64,000 nucleotides of DNA, from the NCBI GenBank assembly GCA_963704885.1, contig CAVPIB010000004.1:864001-928000 (forward strand). Reading direction: 5' to 3'. The notes beneath the pieces were generated by a model, which saw only the letters and a program-made list of their open reading frames with translations, was not told the DNA's origin and made no database searches. This DNA is from an uncultured Actinomycetes bacterium (GTDB lineage Bacteria > Actinomycetota > UBA4738 > HRBIN12). Both the position numbers and the translations under genes were made by a program. How positions within the stretch are numbered: position 1 is the stretch's first letter; each line of letters starts with the position of its first letter. This document shows, piece by piece, positions 19,395 through 31,897 of the stretch.

Positions 19395-20825
19395 TTACCG
19401 GATGTCCAGCATCTCCAAGGCGAGCCCGTCCAAGATGTCCGTCTCGCTCACGAGTGCCCGGTCGAAGCCGAACCGTCGCATGACGGCGGTCAGGATGAGG
19501 CCCCCCGCGACGATCACGTCGCCGCGACCGGGTGCCATGACGGGCAACGCGGCGCGCTCCGCGGCGGTCATGGCGACCAGAGCGGCCAGAACCCGCTCTG
19601 CCCCCGCGAGCGAGAGCCACGTCCGGTGGATCGCCTCGGGGTCGTAACGGTCGAGGCCCAGCGCGATCGCCTGGAGCGTGGTGGCTGTTCCGGCGACGGC
19701 CACGAGCGTGCGCGCATCACCGAGCGGGATCTGCGCCTCAGCCTCGTCCAGCACGTCGTCTACGGCGAGCCGGAGGGTGGTCAACTCCTGCTGGATGGGC
19801 GGATCCGAGCGGATGAACCGCTCGGTCAGCCGGACGCTCCCGATCTGTGTCGAGATCGAGTGCTCCGCGTCACCGGGCTCGTTCCCCATGACGAGCTCCG
19901 TGGAACCGCCGCCGATGTCCAGCACCAGGTAGGGCGAGAGGACGTCGCCGGGGAGTCCGCGTGTCCCACCGAGGAACGACAGGCCGGCCTCCCGTTCGCC
20001 GGAGATGACCTCAAGCTCGGACCCCGCGTGCTCCAGAACGGCTGCGGCGAACTCCTCGCGGTTCTCGGCGTCGCGGACAGCGCTCGTCGCGGCGACGCGG
20101 ATGCGCTCGGCGCCGAGCGCCCGTGCGCGACGACAGTAGCCCGCGAGCACGGCCACGGTTCGCGCCAGCGCGATCGGATCGATCCGGCCGGTGCGATCCA
20201 CACCTTGCCCCAGCCGGGTGATGACCATGTCTCGCGCGAGCTCCGTGGGATCGCCGCCGGTGGCCGTGGCCGGCTCCACGACTAGCAGCCTGATCGAGTT
20301 CGTACCTTGATCGATCGCCGCGACGCGCCCGGCCCGCTGCTCCGGGTGGACGGGCCCCACCTGCCGGGCAACCCAAGCGCCGACCGGATCGACGCCACCG
20401 GCCAGATGGAAGGCGTAGTGCGCGTGGAGGCACTTGACGCCCATCCGGGTGCCTCCGACGCCGCCATCCTCACGCGCCTCGGAAAGTTCGCGCGCGCGAT
20501 CCGCGGCGTAGGCCTCATGGGCGGAGCGCAGGTCGGCCGCGAACACCGGATCCGTCCGTTCCCGCTCGTTGAAACGGGCGATCGCCCCACTCGCCTCGAT
20601 GCGCGCGACCGCCTTGACCGCAGAAGGACAGGTCAGCCAATAGGTCGTGGGGAAGGGTGCGTCGTCGGCGCCCCGAGGGGCGTTGCGGATCACGAGCGGG
20701 TGACCCCCGGTGCAGCGCGCTACGACCGAGAAGGGCACCGTCGGCTCGCGTCCGAGCTGCTCGCGCACGGCGACGAGGTCAGAGCCTCGGAGCTCTCTGT
20801 TCGAGGTTGCGGGGAACGTTTCCAC
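19395..20825 (-). CDS. DUF501 - Ppx/GppA exopolyphosphatase fusion
   Basis: N-terminal DUF501 (QLGR, PFPTTYWLTCP, GVGG..VKCLHAH) joined in frame to Ppx (AAIDQGTNSIRL, ATSAVRDA, DIGGGSTE, GTATT). Confidence 0.88.
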   Translation of the reverse strand: METFPATSNRELRGSDLVAVREQLGREPTVPFSVVARCTGGHPLVIRNAPRGADDAPFPTTYWLTCPSAVKAVARIEASGAIARFNERERTDPVFAADLRSAHEAYAADRARELSEAREDGGVGGTRMGVKCLHAHYAFHLAGGVDPVGAWVARQVGPVHPEQRAGRVAAIDQGTNSIRLLVVEPATATGGDPTELARDMVITRLGQGVDRTGRIDPIALARTVAVLAGYCRRARALGAERIRVAATSAVRDAENREEFAAAVLEHAGSELEVISGEREAGLSFLGGTRGLPGDVLSPYLVLDIGGGSTELVMGNEPGDAEHSISTQIGSVRLTERFIRSDPPIQQELTTLRLAVDDVLDEAEAQIPLGDARTLVAVAGTATTLQAIALGLDRYDPEAIHRTWLSLAGAERVLAALVAMTAAERAALPVMAPGRGDVIVAGGLILTAVMRRFGFDRALVSETDILDGLALEMLDIR

Positions 20826-20897
20826 GAGCGCTCATCTTGGCAGGGCGGCCTTGAACTCACCGCCACACCGAGCTGGTTCGAGCCGAGCGTCGCCCGG

Positions 20898-21260
20898 CTA
20901 CTTGCGCTTGTTCTCGACCGCTCGCTTGTAGTCGACCAGGTTCTCTTCGCTCGACTTCATGAACTTCTTGAGCATCTGTTCGAACCCGGGGTCCGCACCC
21001 CGACGCTGCCGGACAGGCGCGGGGTCCTGCAGGGCCTTGATCGAGAGGTCGATCTTCCCGTCCTCCTTGATCGCCTGGACCTTCGCCTGGACGACGTCAC
21101 CTTCGCGGAGGTGCTCGTGGACATCCTTGACGTAGTTCCGGTCGATCTCGGATATGTGAACGAGGCCTAGACGGCCGTCATCGAGCTTGAGGAACGCTCC
21201 GTACGGCGTGATGCGTTCAACGGTGCCGTCGATCACGGCCCCTACTTCGATCTCAGCGAT
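20898..21260 (-). CDS. S1 RNA-binding domain protein (YabR/GSP13-like)
   Basis: GTVERITPYGAF, GLVHISEI, GKIDLSIK and FEQMLKKFMKSSEE. Similarity extends upstream of GTG 21236 to an ATC at 21260. Confidence 0.88.
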   Translation of the reverse strand: MAEIEVGAVIDGTVERITPYGAFLKLDDGRLGLVHISEIDRNYVKDVHEHLREGDVVQAKVQAIKEDGKIDLSIKALQDPAPVRQRRGADPGFEQMLKKFMKSSEENLVDYKRAVENKRK

Positions 21261-21370
21261 GTCGTGAACCCACTTTCGGTGCAGACTGCTCGGGCCGTCC
21301 CGAGCGGCAGGTGGCCAGTGTGCGGGAATCGTTCCTGCACGTCAATGCCGGTGCGGTAGGGTCCGGCCTC

Positions 21371-21970
21371 ATGGACTTCAAGGAGGTCGTTCGCCGCCGC
21401 CGTATGGTCCGGCGGTTCGATCAGCGACCGGTGCCCACCGACATGATGGATCGCATACTTGACGCGGGTCGTCGGGCGCCATCCGCGGGTTTCTCACAAG
21501 GGCTCGAGCTGCTGGTCCTGGACACCCGCGAGACGGTCGCCGATTTCTGGGCGATCACTCGCGACCCCGAGTTTCCCTGGGAGGACGATGACATCGCGGT
21601 CGGCCCCACCGTGCTGGTCTTACCGCTGCCCGACAAGGCGCGCTACATAGATAGGTACTCGCAGCCGGACAAGATCGCGTTCGGCATGGACGACGAGGCG
21701 CAGTGGCCGGTGCGTTTCTGGGAAATCGACGCAGCCATGGCCTCCATGCTCATGTTGCTCGCCGCTGTCGACGAGGGCCTGGGCGGCTGGTACTTCGGCA
21801 TCGTCCACGGGGAACGCGAGCTGCTGGACCGGTTCGGCGTCCCCGCCGAGCTCAGGCCGATCGGCATCGTCGGGTTCGGCTACCGAGCAGAGGACGAACA
21901 GCCGCAGGGGTCGTGGACGAAGCGACGCCGCCGACCGTTCGAGGAGCAGATCCACCGCAACGGCTGGTGA
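21371..21970 (+). CDS. Nitroreductase family protein
   Basis: RRRRMVRRF, APSAGFSQG and LLAAVDEGLG; ATG at 21371. Confidence 0.9.
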   Translation: MDFKEVVRRRRMVRRFDQRPVPTDMMDRILDAGRRAPSAGFSQGLELLVLDTRETVADFWAITRDPEFPWEDDDIAVGPTVLVLPLPDKARYIDRYSQPDKIAFGMDDEAQWPVRFWEIDAAMASMLMLLAAVDEGLGGWYFGIVHGERELLDRFGVPAELRPIGIVGFGYRAEDEQPQGSWTKRRRRPFEEQIHRNGW

Positions 21971-21976
21971 CGGGCC

Positions 21977-24473
<2,497 letters not shown>

Positions 24474-24509
24474 GGCGCCAAGCGTACCGAAGCGCTCATC
24501 CGGTACGAC

Positions 24510-25460
24510 TCAGACCACCGAGGAGGGATCCGTGTTCGCACCGCAAACCAGGACCACCACCCGCTCGCCGACTTCGGGGCGGTACACGCCGGAAAGGAGC
24601 GCCGCCAAGGCCGCGGCGCCTCCGGGCTCGGCCACCACATGGACGTCGCGCCAGAGTTGGCGTTGCGCATCGAAGATCGCATCGTCGGTGATAAGCACGA
24701 CCCGGTCCACGAACGCGCGGGCGATGTCGAAGGCGATCGCACCCACCCGGCGGGGCCCGAGGGAGTCGGCGGCCATGCCGCCCACGGCGACGTCGACCGG
24801 CTCTCCGGCTTGAAGCGCCGCATGCATGGTGGGACAGGCCTCGGGCTCCACACCGACCACCCGGACGTCACCTCCGAACCATGCCGCGATCCCGGCGATC
24901 AGCCCGCCGCCGCCGATCGCTACCAGCACCGTGTCGACGTCGGGCACCTGCTCCGTGATCTCCATACCGACCGTTCCCCCGCCGGCGATCACCTCGGGCT
25001 GATCGAACGGATGCATCCACAGGGCTCCGCTCCCACCGGCGTACTCGTGAGCGGCAGCGGAGGCCTCACTGTAATAGCCGGGGACAACGTGGACGTCGGC
25101 GCCCAGCTCGCGGATCCGGTCGATCTTGGCCGCCGGCGACGTGTCCGGTACGAAGATCTCGGCGCGATGGCCGAGCGATCGCGCGGCGTAGGCCACCGCC
25201 AGCCCGAAGTTGCCACCAGAGGCGGCGATCACGCCGGTCTCCGGGACGTCTGAGACAAGCATCTTGTTGAACGCCCCTCGCGGCTTGAACGATCCTGTGT
25301 GTTGGAGCAGCTCGAGCTTGAGCGTGACCGGTCCGTCCAGGCCGAACGCCCCCGGCCCCGGCTGGAGCACAGGCGTCACGCGGACGTGCGGGGCGATCCG
25401 ATCGCGGGCATCGCGGATATCCGCTGGCTCGACGGATGGCGACGTTACGGGAGCGCTCAT
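24510..25460 (-). CDS. PLP-dependent threonine/serine dehydratase family protein
   Basis: KLELLQHTGSFKPRGA, SGGNFG, GGGGL and EPGGA. Confidence 0.9.
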   Translation of the reverse strand: MSAPVTSPSVEPADIRDARDRIAPHVRVTPVLQPGPGAFGLDGPVTLKLELLQHTGSFKPRGAFNKMLVSDVPETGVIAASGGNFGLAVAYAARSLGHRAEIFVPDTSPAAKIDRIRELGADVHVVPGYYSEASAAAHEYAGGSGALWMHPFDQPEVIAGGGTVGMEITEQVPDVDTVLVAIGGGGLIAGIAAWFGGDVRVVGVEPEACPTMHAALQAGEPVDVAVGGMAADSLGPRRVGAIAFDIARAFVDRVVLITDDAIFDAQRQLWRDVHVVAEPGGAAALAALLSGVYRPEVGERVVVLVCGANTDPSSVV

Positions 25461-26257
25461 GATGTGCGCGCCTGGCGGAACAGCGAGCGGATATCCGACT
25501 CGGACATCGTGTCCAAGTCCAAACCGCGCTCCTTCACGATCGCCATGAACCTCTCGTACCGCTGGGCGAACCCGCGGATCGTGCGGCGAAGGGCGCTCTC
25601 CGCGTCAACGTCGAGCTTCCGCGCAACCGCGACGACGGAGAAGAGCACGTCGCCGATCTCCTCCTCCGCGTCGTCGACCTCACCCGTCTGGATCGCGGCC
25701 TCAAGCTCGTCTACCTCTTCGTGAAGCGCCGCAAGCGCGCTCTGAACAGAACGCCATTCGAAGCCCCACCCGGCTGCGCGGCGCTGGACCTTGCCGGCGC
25801 GCGCGAGAGCCGGGAGCGTGACTGGGATGTCGTCCTCGAGTGGGCGTTCGCCCTTCTCGTGGGTCTTGAGCCTCTCCCAGTTCACGAGCACCTCGTCTGA
25901 GTCCTCGACCTGGACGTCGCCGAACACATGCGGGTGTCGGTGGATCAGCTTTCCGACCAACCCCTCCGCCACGTCGTCCACGTCCCACAGGCCGTCGTCG
26001 GCCGCGATCTGGGCGTGGAAAGTGACCTGCAGCAGCAGGTCGCCCAGCTCCTCGCGGATCGCGTCGGAGTCGTCGGCGTCGATCGCCTCCATCAGCTCGT
26101 GGGTCTCTTCGAGCAGGTGCTTAGCGAGCGTCTGGTGCGTCTGTTCGGCGTCCCACGGACAGCCGCCCGGGGCACGCAACCGTGCCTGGATGCGGACCAG
26201 GTCCAGCAGGCGCTCCCCACCCTGGCTGGACGGAACCGGCTCGCCCACTTGGCTCAC
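25457..26257 (-). CDS. mazG: Nucleoside triphosphate pyrophosphohydrolase MazG
   Basis: GCPWDAEQTH, EELGDLLLQ, KLIHRHPHVF and a second EEIGDVLF. Confidence 0.95.
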   Translation of the reverse strand: MSQVGEPVPSSQGGERLLDLVRIQARLRAPGGCPWDAEQTHQTLAKHLLEETHELMEAIDADDSDAIREELGDLLLQVTFHAQIAADDGLWDVDDVAEGLVGKLIHRHPHVFGDVQVEDSDEVLVNWERLKTHEKGERPLEDDIPVTLPALARAGKVQRRAAGWGFEWRSVQSALAALHEEVDELEAAIQTGEVDDAEEEIGDVLFSVVAVARKLDVDAESALRRTIRGFAQRYERFMAIVKERGLDLDTMSESDIRSLFRQARTS

Positions 26258-27267
26258 GCCGAAGGGCTGGAGACCGAGGCCGCGCCGGCGTCGGTCTCGG
26301 TGCTGGAGATGCGGACGACCTGAAGGGTCTCGACGTCGAACCTGCCGTAACTCGGGTTCACGTCCACGCCCTGTGCCTCTGCCTGCTCACGCATCCATGC
26401 GTTGAACTCCACGATGGAGCGCGAGTCGATCAACGACGCCTTCACCTCGTCTAAGGACTGGACCTGCTTATCCACCATCCGTATCACGTGCCAGCCGAAC
26501 TCCGTCTTCACCGGCTGAGATATCTCACCGGACTCGAGGGCGGCGGCGGCCGTCGCGAACGGCGTCACGTACTGCGAAGCGGGCGCAGACCCCAAGCCGC
26601 CGCCGTTCTCCGCAGCGCTCGGATCGATCGAAACCTCTTTGGCCAGGTCCGTGAACGTCTGCTCCGTGGCGCTGGGAGCGGTGACCTGTGCGTACACGTC
26701 TAGGGCCTCGGACTGCGTGTCCACCAAGATGTGCTGCACCTGCACGGTGGTGTGGTCGAGGATGCCGTCCTGATAGAGCTTCTCCAGGTCGGCCTGGGAC
26801 ACGCGATCCTCGGTCACAGCCGTCTTCACCCTGCCGTACAGGATGATGCGGCGCGCCAGATCGGCGAGATCGTCGCGCGTCAGATCGTTCTGGTCGAGTT
26901 GTTCGTTCACGGCTTTCTTGCCGAGCGAGTCGTCCAGCTGCTTCAGCGTTGCCGTTACGTCGGCGTCGGTCACGGCGATGTCGTTCGCCACGGCGTAGTC
27001 GGCCACGATGCGCTCCTGGATCACGTTCGTGAGTGCGAACCGCGCACAAGCCGACTGCTGGGTCTCACCCTCCTCCTTGGTGCCGCACGGCTGCTGGTTG
27101 AGGGCCGAGAGGAACGAGACGACGTTCTCCTCGTGCGCGAGCTGCTCGTCGGTGACGTCGACGCCGTTGATCGTCGCGGCCGGCGAGGCAGCGTCTGCGC
27201 ACCCCACCAGGAAGGTGAGTGCGAGCGCCAGGAGCACGACGGCAAGACGAAGGATGCGGGGAGTCAC
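26254..27267 (-). CDS. PrsA/SurA-like parvulin foldase lipoprotein
   Basis: Lipobox LVGC, QHILV, SIDPSAAENGGGLG and PVKTEFGWHVI. Confidence 0.88.
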   Translation of the reverse strand: MTPRILRLAVVLLALALTFLVGCADAASPAATINGVDVTDEQLAHEENVVSFLSALNQQPCGTKEEGETQQSACARFALTNVIQERIVADYAVANDIAVTDADVTATLKQLDDSLGKKAVNEQLDQNDLTRDDLADLARRIILYGRVKTAVTEDRVSQADLEKLYQDGILDHTTVQVQHILVDTQSEALDVYAQVTAPSATEQTFTDLAKEVSIDPSAAENGGGLGSAPASQYVTPFATAAAALESGEISQPVKTEFGWHVIRMVDKQVQSLDEVKASLIDSRSIVEFNAWMREQAEAQGVDVNPSYGRFDVETLQVVRISSTETDAGAASVSSPSA

Positions 27268-27278
27268 GAGCGGTGAGT

Positions 27279-30200
27279 CTATCCGACGGTCCCGCTAAGG
27301 CCGGCCGCCTCCAACAGACGCGACTCGACCGCACGAACCAGGTCCTGCCCGAACACCCGTCCGGGGGTGAGGTTCAGCGTCTGCTTCGCGTCGTGGAACG
27401 TGGCGCCCGGCACCCGCTGATCCAGATCGGCGAGCAGGTCATCCGCGAGCGCGACGGGCCGGAGCCGGACCTGGTCGCGGAAGGTCACGATCTCCTCGAC
27501 GCCGATGGCGGCGGCGGTCACGCGGAGCGACGCGACGGCGAATAGCGTCTCGACCTCAGGCGGGAGCGCGCCGTAGCGGTCGATCGTCTCGGTCCGGACC
27601 CGCTCGAGTTCGTCGTGCTCGCCGGCCGTGGAGATCCGCCGGTAGAGGTCCAGACGGAGCGCTTCCTGCGCGACCCATCCCGGCGGAACGAACGCCTTGA
27701 TCGGCAGGTCTATCCGGAGCTCCTTCTGCACCGGCATGGGCTCGCCCTTCATCTCGGCGACCGACTCCTGGAGGATCCGGCAGTACGTGTCGAAGCCCAC
27801 CGCCGCGATATGCCCGTGCTGTTCGGCGCCGAGCAGGTTGCCGGCGCCTCGGATCTCCAGGTCGCGCAACGCGATCTGGAAACCGCTCCCGAGCGACTGG
27901 TGCTTGCTGATCGTGGCCAATCGCTCGTGCGCCTCCTCGGTCAGCTCGCGGGTCGGAGGGAAGAAGAAGTAGGCGAACGCTCGCTCGCTGGAACGCCCGA
28001 CCCGGCCGCGCAGCTGGTACATCTGCGCAAGGCCGAGCAGATGAGACGCGTCCACGATGAGGGTGTTGGCGTTGGGCACATCCAGACCACTTTCGATGAT
28101 CACGGAGCAGACCAGCACGTCGGCCTCGCGCTCCCAGAACTTCATCATCTGCTTCTCCAGGTCGGCCTCGTCCATCTGGCCGTGCGCGATCACCACGCGC
28201 GCATCCGGGAGCTGCTCCTGCAGCCACGCAGCCTGTCGGTCGATGGTGGCCACGCGGTTGTGGACCCAGAACACCTGACCTTCCCGCAGCAGTTCGCGTC
28301 TGACCGCGCCGAGCGCCAGACCCTCGTCGTACGGGCCCACGTAGGTAAGCACCGGCTGGCGATCCTCGGGCGGTGTGTCGATCGTGGACATGTCGCGGAT
28401 CCCCGTCAACGCCATCTCCAGCGTGCGCGGGATGGGCGTGGCGGTCATGGTCAACACGTCTACGTGCGCTCGCATGGTCTTGAGCCGCTCCTTGTGGACC
28501 ACGCCGAACCGCTGCTCCTCATCGACGACGACGAGGCCCAGATCCTTGAACATCACGTCGCTGCTCAGCAGACGGTGCGTCCCGATCACGACGTCGATCG
28601 CGCCCCTGCCCACGTCGGCGATCACGCGTTTCTGCTCGGGCGGCGCCACGAACCGCGACAGCATGGCCACCTTCACCGGGAACGGCGCGAATCGTTCGCC
28701 GAAGGTGATGAAGTGCTGCTCCGCGAGGAGCGTGGTGGGAACCAAGACCGCCACCTGCTTGCCCTCCATCACGGCTTTGAACGCCGCTCGGACGGCGACC
28801 TCCGTCTTGCCGAACCCCACGTCGCCGCAGATCAGGCGGTCCATCGGCTTCGGGAGCAGCATGTCCTGCTTGACCTCTTCGATCGCGGTGAGCTGGTCTC
28901 CGGTCTCGTCGTGAGGGAACGCGTCCTCCAGCTCTAGCTGCCAAGGGGTGTCGGGGCCGAACGCGTGACCGACCACCGACATCCGAACGCTGTAGAGGCG
29001 GACCAGCTCGCCGGCCATGTCGCGGACCGCACGCTTCACCTTGGTGGTCGCGCGCGCCCAGTCGGAGCCGCCCAGGCGGTGCAGCCTGGGCGCGTCGCCG
29101 CCCAGGTAGCGTGCGACCATGCCCACCTGGTCGCTCGGCACGAAAAGCTTGTCGCCCTGCGCGTACTCCAAGATCAGGTAGTCGCGTTCGGCGCCCGCGA
29201 GCGCGCGGTGCGTGATCCCCGTGTACCTCCCCACGCCGTGTATGCGGTGGACCGCGAAGTCGCCGGGTTCGAGCTCCTCGGCGATCGTGTCGGTTCGCCG
29301 GTGGATGAACCGCGGTGCGGTGCGCGTGTGCCGGCGCGCTCCGAAGAGGTCCTCCTCGGTTGCGACGGCGAGCGTCGCGGCCGCCGAGACGAAGCCGTTC
29401 GTGAGCGGAGCCTCGACCGTCTGCGCCTCCACGTCGCCGATCAGCTCGCGCACGCGGTCGAGCGAACCGTGCCCGCGCGCGGACACGATGAGCCGGTACC
29501 CCTGGGAGGAAAGGGCCGCGAGCCGCTGAGCGAGCTCGGCGGGATTCCCTTGCGCGCTCCCCCAGTCGGACAACCCCAGATCGAGGCCTTCCGTGAACTC
29601 GGACAGGTGCATCTGTACGTGATCGCCGAGCGAGTCCTCGAGCGGACGCAGGACGTGCGGGCCGGGCCATGCCGTCGCCTCTGCGAGCGCCTCGGCCTCC
29701 TCATGCGCCTGACGCCCGCGATCTTGGGTCCGCCGCGCCTGAGCGAGCACGACCCACGAGCCGCTCGGCAACAGCTCCGCGACGGTGGGCATCAGATCGA
29801 ACAGGAACGGCGCGAACGTCTCGGTGCCCTCGACGTACAGCCCATCGCCTATCCGCTGCAGCGCGTCGCGGAACCGGTCTCCCTCGAGCTGCGCCCGGCG
29901 CGTGGCGAGCGCGCGGAGCGCGTCGTCGGGGATCAGCTCGCGCACCGCCGGCGCCAGCACTCGCGCGACCTTGGCCGTGGAGAGCTGGGTGGACGGCGAG
30001 AACTCGCGGAGCGATTCGATCGCATCGCCTACGTACTCCAGACGAGCTGGGCGGCGTGCGTCGCCAGCGAATACGTCGACCACTCCCCCGCGGACCGCGA
30101 ACTCGCCGCGGTGCTCCACCACGTCGGCTCGTGTGTAACCAAGGTCGACGAGGCGTTCGGCGAGCGCGTCCGGCGGGAGCTCCCTACCGACGACCAGCTC

Positions 30201-30611
30201 GAGCGGCGGTACAGCGCCCAAGGTTGGGATCAAGCCCTGCATGGCCGCGAGGGCGGGGGCGACCACGACGAACGGTCCGGTAGCCTCGCGCAGCCGGTGG
30301 ATGGCATCAGCACGGCGGGCGGCGATCTCCGGCGTGGGGCCTATGCCCTCGTACGGGAGGGCCTCCCACGCCGGAAGCAGCGCCACGCTCTCCTCGTCCA
30401 GATAGGCGGCCGCGCCCGTGGCCAGAGCCTCGGCCTCCCTGGGTCCGGGGGTCACCGCCAAGATCACGGTGTCCAGGGCACGCGCCAGCCCGGCGAGAAG
30501 TGCGTCCTCGCCGGCCTCGGAGTGCGCCAGGATCGGACGCGCTCGCTCGAGCAGCAAGCGCTCGAACGGCTCCGATGCCACGAGCGCGTCCAGCGCCCCC
30601 TCCAGGCTCAC
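27279..30611 (-). CDS. mfd: Transcription-repair coupling factor
   Basis: CarD/RID domain (HGVGRY), GDVGFGKTEVA, DEEQRFG, TATPIPRT, QLRGRVGR and TRCF C-terminus. Confidence 0.97.
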   Translation of the reverse strand: MSLEGALDALVASEPFERLLLERARPILAHSEAGEDALLAGLARALDTVILAVTPGPREAEALATGAAAYLDEESVALLPAWEALPYEGIGPTPEIAARRADAIHRLREATGPFVVVAPALAAMQGLIPTLGAVPPLELVVGRELPPDALAERLVDLGYTRADVVEHRGEFAVRGGVVDVFAGDARRPARLEYVGDAIESLREFSPSTQLSTAKVARVLAPAVRELIPDDALRALATRRAQLEGDRFRDALQRIGDGLYVEGTETFAPFLFDLMPTVAELLPSGSWVVLAQARRTQDRGRQAHEEAEALAEATAWPGPHVLRPLEDSLGDHVQMHLSEFTEGLDLGLSDWGSAQGNPAELAQRLAALSSQGYRLIVSARGHGSLDRVRELIGDVEAQTVEAPLTNGFVSAAATLAVATEEDLFGARRHTRTAPRFIHRRTDTIAEELEPGDFAVHRIHGVGRYTGITHRALAGAERDYLILEYAQGDKLFVPSDQVGMVARYLGGDAPRLHRLGGSDWARATTKVKRAVRDMAGELVRLYSVRMSVVGHAFGPDTPWQLELEDAFPHDETGDQLTAIEEVKQDMLLPKPMDRLICGDVGFGKTEVAVRAAFKAVMEGKQVAVLVPTTLLAEQHFITFGERFAPFPVKVAMLSRFVAPPEQKRVIADVGRGAIDVVIGTHRLLSSDVMFKDLGLVVVDEEQRFGVVHKERLKTMRAHVDVLTMTATPIPRTLEMALTGIRDMSTIDTPPEDRQPVLTYVGPYDEGLALGAVRRELLREGQVFWVHNRVATIDRQAAWLQEQLPDARVVIAHGQMDEADLEKQMMKFWEREADVLVCSVIIESGLDVPNANTLIVDASHLLGLAQMYQLRGRVGRSSERAFAYFFFPPTRELTEEAHERLATISKHQSLGSGFQIALRDLEIRGAGNLLGAEQHGHIAAVGFDTYCRILQESVAEMKGEPMPVQKELRIDLPIKAFVPPGWVAQEALRLDLYRRISTAGEHDELERVRTETIDRYGALPPEVETLFAVASLRVTAAAIGVEEIVTFRDQVRLRPVALADDLLADLDQRVPGATFHDAKQTLNLTPGRVFGQDLVRAVESRLLEAAGLSGTVG

Positions 30612-30766
30612 GCAACCTCCTCCGCGATCGATCCGGACAGCACGAACAGGCCCGGTCGCGACTGCGACGGGCCTCCGCGGCCAGTGTACCGAGCCCCTCG
30701 CGATCCGGACTCGACCAGATACGCGCCCTCCGCTTTACGTTTGTCGGGATCCACGGTCATGTGAGC

Positions 30767-30795
30767 TTGACGATTTTACGTTTAGCGGTTAGATT
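30767..30795 (+). promoter_or_regulatory. Sigma70-type promoter TTGACG-N17-TAGATT flanked by TTTACG repeats
   Basis: Direct reading: -35 at 30767-30772, -10 at 30790-30795, and an AAGGGAAGGAAGG SD before ATG 30832. Confidence 0.65.
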
Positions 30796-30831
30796 CCACC
30801 GTAATCGTCTAATCGTAAAGGGAAGGAAGGC

Positions 30832-31852
30832 ATGCCCTCGGGACTCCCGTCAGAGGTCAAGGAAGCCATCCGATCGCGATTGGCGGCCGAAGGCTCCGTT
30901 TCAGCCGGGGAGGTCGCCGCTGCCCTTGGTGTCAGCCGACAGACCGCGCATCACCACTTGGCGCAGATGCATTCCAACGGAGAGGTCGGGCGGGTCGGGG
31001 CGGGTCGATCTACCCGGTACGTTCGAACCTCAACCTTCGAGCGCCGGTGGCCTCTGACAGGACTTCTTGAGGAACACGTGTGGCGTGAGACCCGGGAGGC
31101 CGTGCCCTGTCTTCAGGATCTCCCTACGGGATCGAAGGGCATCCTTCACTACGCGATGACGGAGATGGTCAACAACGCCATCGACCATTCCTCCGGGACG
31201 TTCGTCGACGTGACGGTCTGGTGCGAACAGGATCGCATCGCTTTCGAGGTAGCGGACGACGGAGTGGGGGCGTTCGCGAACGTTCGCGAGAAGCTCGGTC
31301 TGGCAGACGAGTTCGCCGCGATCCAGGAGTTGACGAAGGGCAAACAGACGACCGCCCCCGACCGACACACAGGTGAGGGCATCTTCTTCACCTCGAAAGC
31401 CGTTGATGTCTTCGAGCTCGAGAGCTCCGGGCTGCGTTGGATCGTGGACACGATCAGACACGATCAAGCCGTCGCCGATTCCGCCAGGCGCATCGGCACT
31501 CGGGTGCGGTGCGAGCTCGACCCGGCCACCAGCAGACGCATGGCCGACGTCTTCAACGAGTTCGCCGACCCCGACACCGGCGCCTTCGACCGAACGGAGG
31601 TCACAGTTCGGCTGTTCGAGATGTCGGACACGTTCGTGTCCCGCTCCGAAGCCAAACGACTGGGATCCCAGCTGGAACGGTTCGAGCAGGTGGTGATCGA
31701 CTTCTCGGGTGTCGAAACGGTAGGACAAGGCTTCGTCGACGAACTCTTCCGGGTCTGGGCGCGGGAGCACCCGGGGACGGTGTTGGTGCCAAGAGCACAT
31801 GAGCCCCGCCGTCGAGAGGATGATCAGGAGAGGGCTAACCGCAGGCGATTGA
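30832..31852 (+). CDS. HTH + HATPase + STAS-like DUF4325 protein (frameshift near 31790)
   Basis: N-terminal wHTH (GVSRQTAHHHL), EMVNNAIDHS, DDGVG, HTGEGIFFTS, SRSEAKRL and DFSGVETVGQGFVDELFRVW. Removing one A near 31791 gives ..EHMSPAVERMIRRGLTAGD* (TGA 31850-31852) and avoids the overlap with pth. Confidence 0.82.
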
Positions 31853-31897
31853 CCCGGGGGAAGCTCTCAGCGTGCCGAGCGAGGATCAGCCGTTCCA

